IMG/VR virus record: IMGVR_UViG_3300017527_001400 | Coordinates: 1-64,000 of that record | Length of the DNA stretch: 64,000 bases | Reading direction: 5' to 3' (one strand) | Source: a virus | In this document: piece by piece, positions 1 to 10,108 of the stretch | How the letters are laid out: each line of letters starts with the position of its first letter | How positions within the stretch are numbered: position 1 is the first letter of the stretch | Notes under the pieces: generated by a model | The model's database searches: none | What the model was told of the DNA's origin: nothing | Seen by the model: the letters and a program-made list of their open reading frames with translations, nothing else | Translations under genes and position numbers: made by a program

Positions 1-1
1 G

Positions 2-184
2 GCTGCCTCAATTCTTGCTGATTACAATGTAGACGAGGATGACGGAAGTAAAGAATTATTTTCAGTTAAATATCAACATTTAGCACCGGCCATGTTGAAC
101 GAACTTCAGATCCATGAAACAGAAATCGACAAATTGAAATCAAGAGTAAAAGAACTTGAAGGGAGGATAAAATGCCAGACTTAA
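2..184 (+). CDS. C-terminus of tail fibre/spike with intramolecular chaperone (Peptidase_S74-like), partial
   Basis: Hand translation ...SVKYQHLAPAMLNELQIHETEIDKLKSRVKELEGRIKCQT*; V-x-Y-x-x-L plus coiled-coil end typical of tail chaperone domains; lies just before the lysis genes. Confidence 0.7.
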   Translation, partial: AASILADYNVDEDDGSKELFSVKYQHLAPAMLNELQIHETEIDKLKSRVKELEGRIKCQT

Positions 185-453
185 CAGTAACAATTACAGC
201 AGTTGAAATGGGAGTACTTGAATCTTTTTTTCCGACAGCACAGGAAGGAGCGGAACATGCCATTAGACGCATTGTTCGAGTAAGATCAAAAGATTTAATT
301 TATGACTCGACATCTTTGCTCGATCCGCGTAAGATGACAGATCAAGAGCTTAGAGACGAACTACTGGTAATTCAATCGGAAGTGCCAACATTTTGTGAAC
401 GGCCAGAAAATGCTAACCATCCTGATTGTCAGGATTCAAGCTCTGGTTCTTAA
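172..453 (+). CDS. hypothetical phage protein
   Basis: ORF with GGAGG RBS, coupled to the upstream gene. Confidence 0.6.
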   Translation: MPDLTVTITAVEMGVLESFFPTAQEGAEHAIRRIVRVRSKDLIYDSTSLLDPRKMTDQELRDELLVIQSEVPTFCERPENANHPDCQDSSSGS

Positions 454-482
454 CAATAATCAATAAACGGGGAGAATGAAAA

Positions 483-953
483 ATGAACGAAGTAATTGAC
501 ATTGACGAAAAGAAAAAAGAAAAAAAGAAAAAAGAAATCGAAACCACAGTCGGTGAGGCCGAAGACTTGATGACCAGTCCGATGCTTGACACACTTCTGA
601 AAAGAAGCATGCCATTCAAATTTAACTACTGGTTGAATCGAATCATCAAAAAGGTACGTAAAGAGCTCGAAGACTATTTCGATAAAAAGAAAGAGCTCAT
701 TGATGAACATGTAGAACTGGATGACAAAGGAGAACCGAAAACTGTTGTCAGGGGCAATATTCAGCAGTTTAAATTCAAAACAGCTGAAGACGATGAAGTC
801 TTCAGAAAACGTGTCGCATCTCTCCGGGAAGATCCACTCAAGCTTCCAGGCATCTACAAACTTAAAGTAGATTTAGACGATCATCGTTTCAATGAACTGA
901 ATGGCTATGAAGTACAGCTTCTTATGCCGTTGATTGAGGACATCGATGTATAA
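483..953 (+). CDS. phage protein, DUF1617-like (typical post-tail-fibre gene)
   Basis: MPFKFNYWLNRIIKKVRKELEDYFDKKKELIDEH pattern; GGAG RBS. Confidence 0.55.
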   Translation: MNEVIDIDEKKKEKKKKEIETTVGEAEDLMTSPMLDTLLKRSMPFKFNYWLNRIIKKVRKELEDYFDKKKELIDEHVELDDKGEPKTVVRGNIQQFKFKTAEDDEVFRKRVASLREDPLKLPGIYKLKVDLDDHRFNELNGYEVQLLMPLIEDIDV

Positions 954-1425
954 ATCTAAGTACTTTGGGCTTAAAGAGTTGTTTTCAGAGGATTATTATA
1001 CCTCTCAGCATCCGACTATGGGAGATCTATTGTGGATGGTCTTTGATCAAAAGGGCCTTGAAACAATAGATCTCTTACGGGAGAAGTACGGACCTGCTCT
1101 TATGAATACATGGAGCATGTCACCAGAAAAACAAAGAATGTATGGAACACATAACTGGCGGGGCTATCGTGAAGCAGGCAGCAAATATGTAAAGGGCCGT
1201 AACGGACTGAAGTTCGGTAATGTAAGTCAACACAGATTCGGCAGGGCCTTTGACCTTGCCTTTTTTGATTATACGGCAGAAGAAATCCGCCAGGACATGA
1301 GAAACAATCCAATAAAACCTGAGTTTGAGCACATATCAAGGGTTGAAAACGATGTTAGCTGGCTTCATATTGATTTAGGCAATTACTTACGGGTCGAGCG
1401 TTGGATTAAATTCTTTAATGTGTGA
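946..1425 (+). CDS. endolysin, peptidase M15-like
   Basis: SQHRFGRAFD and WLHID zinc-binding motifs; start chosen after GAGGA RBS. Confidence 0.8.
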   Translation: MYKSKYFGLKELFSEDYYTSQHPTMGDLLWMVFDQKGLETIDLLREKYGPALMNTWSMSPEKQRMYGTHNWRGYREAGSKYVKGRNGLKFGNVSQHRFGRAFDLAFFDYTAEEIRQDMRNNPIKPEFEHISRVENDVSWLHIDLGNYLRVERWIKFFNV

Positions 1426-1432
1426 GGAAGAC

Positions 1433-1894
1433 ATGGAAACCTTGAGACAGAACTGGCCGATCCTAACCTTTCTATTCGGAATACTTTCTTCTGGGCTATT
1501 TACTTTAATTATCTTTGTTTCAAGACGGGAAGCAAAGTTCGAGGCTAACCGTAGGTTGTTTAAAGAAGATGGCACATTGATATACTTGCCATCTGATGAA
1601 TTCGAAAAAGAAATAATCAAGATACACAAAGAAATTGTCAAAAACAAAGACATCATTGATGCAGGCTGTTCTCAACATCGTGAAAACTGTAACAAGCTTA
1701 TATGCATGAAGATTGACGGCGTTCGTAAACAGTTGGACATTATGGACGACATGCGTGAAGATGCTAAAGGTGATACTACTGGCATTCTTCAGGAGCATAC
1801 CAGAACAATAACATCAATTGGACAGTCCGTTGCTGTCATGGCAGCAGCTGTCAAGCGTCTTGAAAAAAAGATAGATAATGGCAAAGGAGGATAA
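1433..1894 (+). CDS. membrane-anchored coiled-coil lysis-cassette protein (holin/spanin-like)
   Basis: One N-terminal TM segment followed by coiled coil; next to endolysin. Confidence 0.5.
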   Translation: METLRQNWPILTFLFGILSSGLFTLIIFVSRREAKFEANRRLFKEDGTLIYLPSDEFEKEIIKIHKEIVKNKDIIDAGCSQHRENCNKLICMKIDGVRKQLDIMDDMREDAKGDTTGILQEHTRTITSIGQSVAVMAAAVKRLEKKIDNGKGG

Positions 1895-2432
1895 CGTGGG
1901 CAAAAATATAATGAATTCAATTTTTGATGGTGTAAAAGCTGTTGCTCCAATGGTAGCCAATGTTGTCTTGCCGGGTTCAGGCAACCTTGTTCACACACTC
2001 ATGCGCGGTGTGGCAGGCGCTGGTCCTGATGTTGAAATCGAAGAAGTAGCCAAAAGGTTTGAACAAGACCCAACGCTCATGGTTGAACTGCAGAGAGTGG
2101 CTGTCGATAAAGAAATTGAGCTGGGTCGACAAGCTGTTGAAAGCCTTCAGATCGTAAACCAAACGATGCAGGTGGAAGCAAAAAGCGAGCATTTCGGACA
2201 ACGCAGCTGGCGTCCATTCAACGGATACATGTTCGGAATAACAATGTTCTGTGTATATTTTCTGCTTCCGGCACTCAAACAGCCTGCACCTGAAATTCCA
2301 CAGTTTGTCTGGGTGGCTTGGGCGTCTGTCCTTGGAGTTACCACCTGGCATCGAGGCAAAGAGAAGCGTGTCAAAGCTGGTGAAAGTGGAGAAGGCATGC
2401 TGAAAGGGTTAATAAAGGCAATTAAAAAATGA
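1878..2432 (+). CDS. holin, 3TM (GTA-holin-like)
   Basis: VNQTMQVEAKSEHFGQRSWRPFNGY motif followed by TM segments. Confidence 0.75.
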   Translation: MAKEDNVGKNIMNSIFDGVKAVAPMVANVVLPGSGNLVHTLMRGVAGAGPDVEIEEVAKRFEQDPTLMVELQRVAVDKEIELGRQAVESLQIVNQTMQVEAKSEHFGQRSWRPFNGYMFGITMFCVYFLLPALKQPAPEIPQFVWVAWASVLGVTTWHRGKEKRVKAGESGEGMLKGLIKAIKK

Positions 2433-2731
2433 AAACATCTAAACGAATCATATCGATTGCATCAGCAATCATTGTTATTGCCAGCATCGTTACTTTGTGT
2501 TTTGGTCTAAACGATTATGTAGCCAAGTCTGCCGATCTGGACTATTGGGTTGGAGACTATCAGCAATATAAAGACTCTCAAAGACTTAAGCTTTTGCAAG
2601 AAAGAGTATGGCAACTCCAGCAGCATTATATGAAGAACCCACCGACACCCCAGTCGGTTCAAGAAGAAATCCTGTTTCTTCAAATGGAAATCGAAGAACT
2701 AAAGATAAAGCTCAACAAAAAAGGAGGATAA
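2429..2731 (+). CDS. membrane-anchored coiled-coil protein (lysis region)
   Basis: N-terminal TM helix, C-terminal coiled coil. Confidence 0.5.
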   Translation: MKTSKRIISIASAIIVIASIVTLCFGLNDYVAKSADLDYWVGDYQQYKDSQRLKLLQERVWQLQQHYMKNPPTPQSVQEEILFLQMEIEELKIKLNKKGG

Positions 2732-2732
2732 T

Positions 2733-3248
2733 ATGTTTAATTTTTTTGAATGGATCAAACAGAGCTCGACAATCAGAGGCATCATAGCCCTTGCTACCGT
2801 GCTTGGATATGGCGGAGCTAAGTGGGCAGATGCTACAACGCTTCAGGCGATCATATTGGCTTTGGGTCCGTTGTTCTATGCCATATATAACATGTTCCGA
2901 AAGGACAGCAATGGCACCGGCAATGGAACGGCAGCTGGTATTGCCATAGTTCTTCTCTTGTTTCCTATAGGGGTTCAAGCGGCAAGCATTAACTTAGCAC
3001 CTATGGCCGGTGTAACAGAATATACTGCAGAAGTAGACGGGAATATACAAGCCCCTCCATTCGTAACGAACGGTGATGGAAGCGCAAGTTATAATCTCGA
3101 GCCTCTAGGCCTACCTGATGGTGTCCATGTTTTCCGATTCATGGTAACCGGAACAGATAATGGTGTACCAACCTGGGGAGGTGGTTGGTCAGCCCCTTTC
3201 GAGGCCGAAAAAGTGGGGGTGCCGACGGTCACTGGACTGTCAAATTAA
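2733..3248 (+). CDS. holin-like N-terminus fused to beta-rich (Ig/FN3-like) domain
   Basis: WIKQSSTIRGIIALA holin-like start, 2-3 TM segments, then GLPDGVHVFRFMV...GWSAPF. Confidence 0.5.
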   Translation: MFNFFEWIKQSSTIRGIIALATVLGYGGAKWADATTLQAIILALGPLFYAIYNMFRKDSNGTGNGTAAGIAIVLLLFPIGVQAASINLAPMAGVTEYTAEVDGNIQAPPFVTNGDGSASYNLEPLGLPDGVHVFRFMVTGTDNGVPTWGGGWSAPFEAEKVGVPTVTGLSN

Positions 3249-3273
3249 AGAAAAAGCCTGACGGAGGTGGCGG

Positions 3274-3663
3274 ATGCTTCATAGAACTTTTGTTTTAGTG
3301 TTGGTTTTTGGCATAATCATCATAACGTTTATGCTAATAGATCAATGTCAAGCTGGCACATGGAAAGTCTCGATGTCTTTCACCCACGACAACCCCCAAG
3401 CTGTGGACTATTTTAATATTTATTGCAAAACAGTTTATCAGACTTGGGAAGAAGGCTATAGGTGGAGTGCTGGCAATGCATTCAAGGAATGGCCCTTCCT
3501 AGAAAAACAAGAATTCACCACACCAAACTTGGCTGACGAAATTTATTATTGTTTTAAAGTAACAGCCGTCTATCCCCATACAGAAACCCGATGCCCAATA
3601 TTAGACCTTGGCTGTTGGGAATGTTTATTTATTAAAGCAGAGTGGATAACTATATCGGAGTAG
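3274..3663 (+). CDS. exported FN3-like protein
   Basis: Signal/TM segment; YFNIY and YCFKVTAV FN3-like strands. Confidence 0.5.
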   Translation: MLHRTFVLVLVFGIIIITFMLIDQCQAGTWKVSMSFTHDNPQAVDYFNIYCKTVYQTWEEGYRWSAGNAFKEWPFLEKQEFTTPNLADEIYYCFKVTAVYPHTETRCPILDLGCWECLFIKAEWITISE

Positions 3664-3666
3664 CTT

Positions 3667-4278
3667 ATGTATTGGATACCTGAACCATGGTGGGAAGGCG
3701 AAACAGCCTTTATTATTGGTGGAGGCCCGAGTGTAAACGACACAGACTTATCTCTTATACACAATCGCAAGGTTATTGGTGTTAACAATGCATTCATGCT
3801 TGGTGACTGGGTCGATGTTGGTTGGTTCGGTGATAAAAAATGGATTACATGGCACGAAAAAGCCTATAAAAAATTCAAAGGCATACCTGCCAGTTGCAAC
3901 CACAACGCAAACATTGTCGGCGTTGAAAGATATAATTGGATCCATTTTATGCGTCGCGGGAAACAGCTTGGAATAGAAACTAACCCCGGGTACATTGCTT
4001 GGAATAAAAGTTCTGGCAACAGTGCCATTAACGTAGCCTATCATTTGGGTGCTGTCAGAATCGTTTTAATCGGTTTTGATTTGCAAGCAATTGGTGGCAA
4101 CAATAATTATCATAAAGACCACAAAAGCGGTGGGAATCCACCGTACAACAGATTTTTGAGCTCCTTAAAACACGTTGAAAAGGATGCTAAAGACCTTGGA
4201 ATCCAGATCTTCAATGCTTCGCCTAAAAGTGCCTGCGAATTCTTTCCAAAAGGAGAGCTCAAGGAGTTCCTGTGGTAA
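3667..4278 (+). CDS. glycosyltransferase-like (DUF115/MAF-like) protein
   Basis: FIIGGGPSV, IGVNNAF, SSGNSAINVAYHLGA, LIGFD motifs. Confidence 0.7.
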   Translation: MYWIPEPWWEGETAFIIGGGPSVNDTDLSLIHNRKVIGVNNAFMLGDWVDVGWFGDKKWITWHEKAYKKFKGIPASCNHNANIVGVERYNWIHFMRRGKQLGIETNPGYIAWNKSSGNSAINVAYHLGAVRIVLIGFDLQAIGGNNNYHKDHKSGGNPPYNRFLSSLKHVEKDAKDLGIQIFNASPKSACEFFPKGELKEFLW

Positions 4279-4814
4279 AATTATTCAGATGGCTCAAATA
4301 TCCTGGCGTTAAGATCGATCCGACTTCAAGGCTTGGAAAGTTTCTTACGATAGAGCCCGGGTGTTCGATCGGAAAGGAATCTTTCATAGGAAACGGATGT
4401 GTTTTAAGGAAAGGTACCTCTATAGGTGATAATACGCTGATAGGTCATCTTACAGTCTTTGAGGGCGGCGGAACCTATGTTGGAAATAATTGCTTGATCC
4501 ATTCACAGTGCCATATTACACGACAAATAATAATAGAAGATTTCGTCTTTATAGCTCCAATGTTCGTAGGCGCCAATGACCCTGTCATGTGCCATGGAAG
4601 GCGTGACATATGTAAGTGGACAGAACGTCCATATCGAATTTGCAGGGGTGCAAGAATAGCTATAAACGTAACTGTGCTACCAGGAATAACAATCGGGGCA
4701 AACTCAGTCATCGGGGCTGGTGCGGTTGTTACAAAAAACATCCCGCCATGTACAAAATGGCGTGGGGTTCCTGCAGTACAATATGGAGAAGTGCCAGAAA
4801 AAGAATGGCTTTAA
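4272..4814 (+). CDS. hexapeptide (LbH) acyltransferase
   Basis: Hexapeptide repeats; VIGAGAVVTKNIP...GVPA. Confidence 0.85.
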   Translation: MVKLFRWLKYPGVKIDPTSRLGKFLTIEPGCSIGKESFIGNGCVLRKGTSIGDNTLIGHLTVFEGGGTYVGNNCLIHSQCHITRQIIIEDFVFIAPMFVGANDPVMCHGRRDICKWTERPYRICRGARIAINVTVLPGITIGANSVIGAGAVVTKNIPPCTKWRGVPAVQYGEVPEKEWL

Positions 4815-4823
4815 GGAGGAGAA

Positions 4824-5585
4824 ATGTTAAATTTCGTTACTATCCTAAGATCAGGCGGTGATTATTCACCCACAGATGTTATCGCTTTAGCTGCTCAAGT
4901 TCGTAAAAACCTGACGATCTCACACGAATTTGTTTGCTATACCGACACACCCATAAACAACGACCTTGTCGTAGAGCTTGAACTGAAAAACCCATGGCCA
5001 AGTAGCTGGGCTGTGCTGGAGATGTGGAAACATGTTGGAACAACGATCGTTACGGGGCTTGATACAATTGTCGTTGATAACATTGACAGGCTCGGAGAGC
5101 TCGCTACCACCTGTCCTGATGATGAAATATACCTATGCAGACCCAGAAACAAAAGAATGCTTAAAATGGGGTTCTGGGCTAACGGAATCACTGTATTTAA
5201 TGGTGATTGGAGCTGGATTTTAAATAATTTTGATCATAGAGAAGCAATAAAGAAGTGGCGATGGGAACAGATGTACATGAGCAACGAAATAAAGAACGCG
5301 AAAAAACGTGTTCACATTGTCCAGGATAACATCGATGGTTGGTACTCATATAAGGTTCTTTTAAAAACTGGCAAGAGTTCAAAAAAACCAAAGGATGCTA
5401 CCATTGTTACCTTTGCTGGAAAGCCTCGTCCAAGCACATGTACTGAAAAATGGGTAATGGATGCTTATAATACACATGAAACGTGGAACTTTACCATTCC
5501 ATTCGAGGAGCTTCACAATGCTAAGTACAATGGCGAAGAACCTGAAGATCAAGAGGACGAGCTCGATAGCGAACCTGAAGAATGA
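4824..5585 (+). CDS. glycosyltransferase (GT-A-like)
   Basis: LRSGGDY, FVCYTD, LDTIVVDNID, FAGKPRP motifs. Confidence 0.7.
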   Translation: MLNFVTILRSGGDYSPTDVIALAAQVRKNLTISHEFVCYTDTPINNDLVVELELKNPWPSSWAVLEMWKHVGTTIVTGLDTIVVDNIDRLGELATTCPDDEIYLCRPRNKRMLKMGFWANGITVFNGDWSWILNNFDHREAIKKWRWEQMYMSNEIKNAKKRVHIVQDNIDGWYSYKVLLKTGKSSKKPKDATIVTFAGKPRPSTCTEKWVMDAYNTHETWNFTIPFEELHNAKYNGEEPEDQEDELDSEPEE

Positions 5586-6252
5586 TTCTGTCGTATGGAT
5601 AAGCAATAATTACTGGCTTCAAGAATTCATAAAGAAAGCTATAACACGATCAAACATAATCGCCATCATGAACAAAAACATGCTCCCAAAGGCTTTTGTT
5701 TATGATGGTTTTACGCCATTCTTTTGTGAAAATCCCCTTGTAGAATTCATCAAATATCACAACAGCATTTACGAAAACAAATCTCCAACAAAAAATAAAA
5801 TACATGGCAGCGCACGTATGCATCCGTCAAGCATCATTGTTTATGGGATGAAATATGCCAGAGAAGACGATGTGATCTACCGAATGTTTCATCAGGGCAA
5901 TGTTGTTATAGAAAAAAACGTTCTAATCGGTCCAATGAATACGATTGTCAGGGCGGAGCTGGATGAAACCAGAATATGCAAATGGGTAAGCATCGGCTCT
6001 CATAATAATATCGGCCATAATTCTTATATTAGCCCCAGAACAATGATCACCACTCATGTTTCTATCGGTGGATCTTCTCGTATAGGTACTGACTGCTGGG
6101 TAGGTATGGGGGCTGTCATCAATGATCATATAAGGATATGCCACAACACGCGAATTGGTGCGGGTTCAGTTGTAACACGAAACATCAATATCCCGGGCAC
6201 ATATTATGGAACCCCTGCCAAAAGAACCGGAGACTACAACGGTGAGCTATGA
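5518..6252 (+). CDS. hexapeptide acyltransferase (LpxD/NeuD-like)
   Basis: IGHN, IGGSSRIG, IGAGSVVTRNI...YYGTPA. Confidence 0.8.
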   Translation: MLSTMAKNLKIKRTSSIANLKNDSVVWISNNYWLQEFIKKAITRSNIIAIMNKNMLPKAFVYDGFTPFFCENPLVEFIKYHNSIYENKSPTKNKIHGSARMHPSSIIVYGMKYAREDDVIYRMFHQGNVVIEKNVLIGPMNTIVRAELDETRICKWVSIGSHNNIGHNSYISPRTMITTHVSIGGSSRIGTDCWVGMGAVINDHIRICHNTRIGAGSVVTRNINIPGTYYGTPAKRTGDYNGEL

Positions 6253-7166
6253 AAATCCTGTGGGTATTCAAAACACGCCGGCACAACCACCTCATGAGCA
6301 GTGCAAAAAGATTACATTATGATTTCATAATGAAGCTTGAAGCATTCGCGGAAATCATAAGAATAGAACCGGAAAAAATATTAAAAAGGGTAAGAGAGCA
6401 CAACCCTGACATCATTCTTGTCTACAGCTATCATTCAATAAAGAAAAGCACAGAGCTCGAAGTCTTTAAGGATATAGATATCCCGAAGCTATGCATCGAG
6501 GTCGATTATTATTCTGTAAAAGATATGGATTGGTATAAGCGAAATGGGTTCTGCCTGGTTCATCGAGGACATATACCAAATGACCCAAACCCATGGCTTC
6601 CATTCTCATGTGATGAACAACTATTAAGATACCAAAGAAACAAGCTTTCTATTCGTGAACACAGAATAGGCTTTACCGGATCATATAAGATAGGCTCAAG
6701 GATCTTGTGGAAAACCAGAGGAAATGCAATACAACAACTTAAAAGAGCTGATCTAATACATATCAACGGAACAAATGGGAACGTTGGGCATAAGTTCTAT
6801 CCTGCCAACCTAGCATCGTCGTTCTGTGCTCTCGCCTGTTCTGGATATGTAGTTAACTCTCCATTTGGCAAGGTGTTTGAGGTAATGGGTTCAGGCACAT
6901 TGCTGATGACGACACCATTAAACGCTTCTAATATTTTATTTGGATGTGATAATTTTTTTTATACATACAAAAAGGATTGCAGCGACGTCGTTGCGGTAGC
7001 CAGAAAAATACTGTCGGACCCAATAAAAAGACAACAGGAGATGGTCGATGAAGCTGCAAACATTATAGGCCAGGCTCACACGGACAGCCACAGGATCGCC
7101 GAACTGCTTGAAATAATATATGCTGTCATGGATAATAGGGAGGTCCCAAGGAGATGGATACCATAG
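6249..7166 (+). CDS. glycosyltransferase GT-B (CgeB-like)
   Basis: IGFTGS, KVFEVMGSGTLLMT, HTDSHRIAEL motifs. Confidence 0.7.
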   Translation: MKILWVFKTRRHNHLMSSAKRLHYDFIMKLEAFAEIIRIEPEKILKRVREHNPDIILVYSYHSIKKSTELEVFKDIDIPKLCIEVDYYSVKDMDWYKRNGFCLVHRGHIPNDPNPWLPFSCDEQLLRYQRNKLSIREHRIGFTGSYKIGSRILWKTRGNAIQQLKRADLIHINGTNGNVGHKFYPANLASSFCALACSGYVVNSPFGKVFEVMGSGTLLMTTPLNASNILFGCDNFFYTYKKDCSDVVAVARKILSDPIKRQQEMVDEAANIIGQAHTDSHRIAELLEIIYAVMDNREVPRRWIP

Positions 7167-7837
7167 ACAAGGTCATAGAAAAAACAACACATAAAGACAG
7201 AAAACAGAGAAACTGGGACTTTTATCGTAATGCATATCTTCGCGGAGACATGACCTTCATGGAGATAAAACGCATAAATGACATATGGTATCCATTATTT
7301 CAGAATCAAGAATTCCATACCACCGAGCAGATCGTAAAAGGTTTTAACATGGTTGGTCCCGCACATCGTCATACTGTTCTCGAGCTTGGATGCTACAGAG
7401 GGGCTCTCGCTGAAAGTATTCTTCAGCAAGTCCCGGACATCGATGCTTGGTTTGGTTATGATATTTGTGATGCAGCACTGGACGAATGCCTTTCTCATCC
7501 AAAATTTGGACCCATCAGGATGGATGATTGGTTTCACAAGCTGGACAATATACCCTCTCATGATATTTTTGTGTCTACACATACTCTAGAACACATGTCA
7601 AACGACGAAGCCATTGCATCATTGGAAAAGGCTATAGAATCTCCACGCTGTAGATACGTAATGCTCGAAATGCCTATCCCAGAAGCAGGTAAGATATGGC
7701 GAGGAGGTGGATCATCGCACGTATTGTCTTTGGGTCGTAAACATTTCAGAAAATTCTTTGACCAGCGGGGCTGGACAAATATGCATGAATATACAAGACA
7801 TATTAATTGGGGGGTAATGTATGGACGTTCATTATAA
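7154..7837 (+). CDS. class I SAM-dependent methyltransferase
   Basis: VLELGCYRGALA, GYDI, HTLEHM. Confidence 0.8.
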   Translation: MDTIDKVIEKTTHKDRKQRNWDFYRNAYLRGDMTFMEIKRINDIWYPLFQNQEFHTTEQIVKGFNMVGPAHRHTVLELGCYRGALAESILQQVPDIDAWFGYDICDAALDECLSHPKFGPIRMDDWFHKLDNIPSHDIFVSTHTLEHMSNDEAIASLEKAIESPRCRYVMLEMPIPEAGKIWRGGGSSHVLSLGRKHFRKFFDQRGWTNMHEYTRHINWGVMYGRSL

Positions 7838-8270
7838 AATCGGATCTTACACTGCGTTAGGAGAAAAATTAATCATTGAAAACAATGTAAAGATAGGAAA
7901 CCACTGTGAGGTAGGCGATGAATCAACAATTAGAGAAGGTGCTTTACTGCAAGGACGCGTTCGTCTTGGACCTTTATGCTATATCGGTCATGATGTTATC
8001 ATCAAGATTGGAGCGATTCTGGCAGATAGAACGCATCTCGAAGAAAACGTATTTATTGGGCCCAATGTTATTACACTTGGAGGTGGGCCCGATCGAACAC
8101 GAGTGAAAGGCGCATACATAGAACGTAATTGTTATATTGGCGCCGGCTCAAAGATTGCTGCTGGGATCAGAATTGTACACGATACAATTATCGGTGCAAA
8201 TTCATTTGTTAACAAGGACATAACCGAACCTGGGACATACGCCGGGACACCTGTAAGGAGACTTAAATGA
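7821..8270 (+). CDS. hexapeptide acyltransferase
   Basis: FIGPNV, IIGANSFVNKDI...YAGTP. Confidence 0.85.
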   Translation: MDVHYKIGSYTALGEKLIIENNVKIGNHCEVGDESTIREGALLQGRVRLGPLCYIGHDVIIKIGAILADRTHLEENVFIGPNVITLGGGPDRTRVKGAYIERNCYIGAGSKIAAGIRIVHDTIIGANSFVNKDITEPGTYAGTPVRRLK

Positions 8271-8938
8271 TCTTTATCACCGGATGTGCACGATCTGGAA
8301 CGAGCATGGTTGCTGGAATTATTGCTAGAAGTGGGGCTTGGGGTGGTAACGTCTGCGATGCTACACGATTCAATCCCAAGGGACAATATGAAAACACCAA
8401 AATCAGGAATACGGTCATTAAGCCCATGTTGAAACTTATGAAATGTGATCCAATGGGCCAAGATCCTCTGCCAACAATGGAACAGTTACTGAAAATGGTT
8501 AATGGTTTCCCGGCAGAGATCCGTGACCATGTTCGCAAGATAATGCGAAATCAAGGTCTTCGTGATGATGGTGAATGGTATTTCAAGGGTGCAAAGGTTT
8601 GTCTTATCTGGCCTATCTGGATGAAAGCTTTCCCAGAAGCACAATACATTATAGTTGAACGTCCAGATGACCTGATCATACAATCCTGCATGCACACATC
8701 ATTCATGAGGAAACGCCAAACGCCTGACGAGTGGCAAAAATGGATCAATATTCATAAAGAACGTTTCGATGAAATGGAAAAACATCTTCCAGAAAATGTA
8801 CATCGTATTGATTCTCTTGAAATCGTAAAGGGAAATTTTGATAACATGAAAAAGCTCGTAGAAAAGATAGGACTTCATTGGGATCAAGCAGCTGTAGAAG
8901 AATTTGTCGACATTGATATATGGAACACTGTAAAATAA
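8267..8938 (+). CDS. sulfotransferase family protein
   Basis: IFITGCARSGTS PAPS-binding loop; FPEAQYIIVER. Confidence 0.8.
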   Translation: MIFITGCARSGTSMVAGIIARSGAWGGNVCDATRFNPKGQYENTKIRNTVIKPMLKLMKCDPMGQDPLPTMEQLLKMVNGFPAEIRDHVRKIMRNQGLRDDGEWYFKGAKVCLIWPIWMKAFPEAQYIIVERPDDLIIQSCMHTSFMRKRQTPDEWQKWINIHKERFDEMEKHLPENVHRIDSLEIVKGNFDNMKKLVEKIGLHWDQAAVEEFVDIDIWNTVK

Positions 8939-9055
8939 ACCAGTATGGGATATGTGGGGCTGAAGGATAATTAACTACTGAAAAATGTAGAGCCTGAGCT
9001 ATTTATCGAAGTAAGCATAATTGATCGGGGCGGGGATCAATAAAACGGAGGCAAT

Positions 9056-9262
9056 ATGTCAGGATTAGAAATGAAGTATTTTGTTTTAAAACCAAAAGGC
9101 AAGGATCGCTATGCCGAAGCATCCAGAAAAGCACTAAGGGCATATGCCCATCATATCGCTATTGAAAATGAAGATTTAGCGAAAGACTTACTAAATTGGG
9201 CAGATAAAGAAACAGATACTATGTCAAAGGTATATGCTGTCAAAAACATAATGAAAGATTAA
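9056..9262 (+). CDS. hypothetical phage protein
   Basis: GGAGG RBS; KYFVLKP...ASRKALRAYA. Confidence 0.6.
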   Translation: MSGLEMKYFVLKPKGKDRYAEASRKALRAYAHHIAIENEDLAKDLLNWADKETDTMSKVYAVKNIMKD

Positions 9263-10029
9263 AAGGTAGGGAATAAGCTGTTTGATTGCGCTAACATAGC
9301 ATCCATTTCTTCATCCATCGGTTTAACATTCATAGGAAAAAATCCATCAGGAGTTAGATGCATCAGCATCATGCGGAAATTCTCTGGTTGAATACCGGGG
9401 AAATAATTCTCCTCTATCATAATTCTTCGGTAGGAATTTAACTGCAATGAGTATTTATTAAAGTCGTGGTCTTGCAAATGAGAAATTGGGCCAAGTCCAT
9501 TCTGGTATGGATTAAAACTTTTAATTTCTTTGTTCTGTTTCCAATCAATGATACAAACGTTTTCATCGTTTTCAGCCAGACAGTCTATAATCCCAGCGAT
9601 ACCAAGCTTCTTAGAGAAGACAATTTTCTCAACCTCTGTCGGAGTATACGTCTCAGCTAACCATTCGATAGCATCTCTTGTACATTCAAATAATAACGAG
9701 CATCTTTTAGATAAAGGCTTTGGTTCTTCGGTCTTGACTCCAAGATACTGAGCCATTATAATATATTCAGCATATGAATGAACGTTATGTCCTTCGTCTC
9801 TACCCTTTTTTGCTTTGGCTGCCCACTCAGCAAGTATCTCTTCGGCAGTGATTTTACGTTCATTCGCTTTTCTCTCAGACCAATACTTAGAATCAAACTT
9901 GCCAAAGAAAGAACTAAGAAATGAGGTAACGCCCTTGAGCTTTAGTCCCGAGTCCTGTAAGGTGAAAGTATGCACATCTTCATCAAACACAACTGTCTGG
10001 CCACTTGGATTGGTCGCTTCTATAGACAT
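9259..10029 (-). CDS. PD-(D/E)XK (Cas4-like) exonuclease
   Basis: GVTSFL, GHNVH, IAGIID, IIDWK, YSLQLNSY; AGGAG RBS before ATG at 10029. Confidence 0.8.
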   Translation of the reverse strand: MSIEATNPSGQTVVFDEDVHTFTLQDSGLKLKGVTSFLSSFFGKFDSKYWSERKANERKITAEEILAEWAAKAKKGRDEGHNVHSYAEYIIMAQYLGVKTEEPKPLSKRCSLLFECTRDAIEWLAETYTPTEVEKIVFSKKLGIAGIIDCLAENDENVCIIDWKQNKEIKSFNPYQNGLGPISHLQDHDFNKYSLQLNSYRRIMIEENYFPGIQPENFRMMLMHLTPDGFFPMNVKPMDEEMDAMLAQSNSLFPTF

Positions 10030-10108
10030 TAATTTCTCCTTGATAGTGTACGAGGTAGGAATGGCAACTGATATAATCAATATAGTGGGAGCTTAAACGT
10101 TTGTCAAT

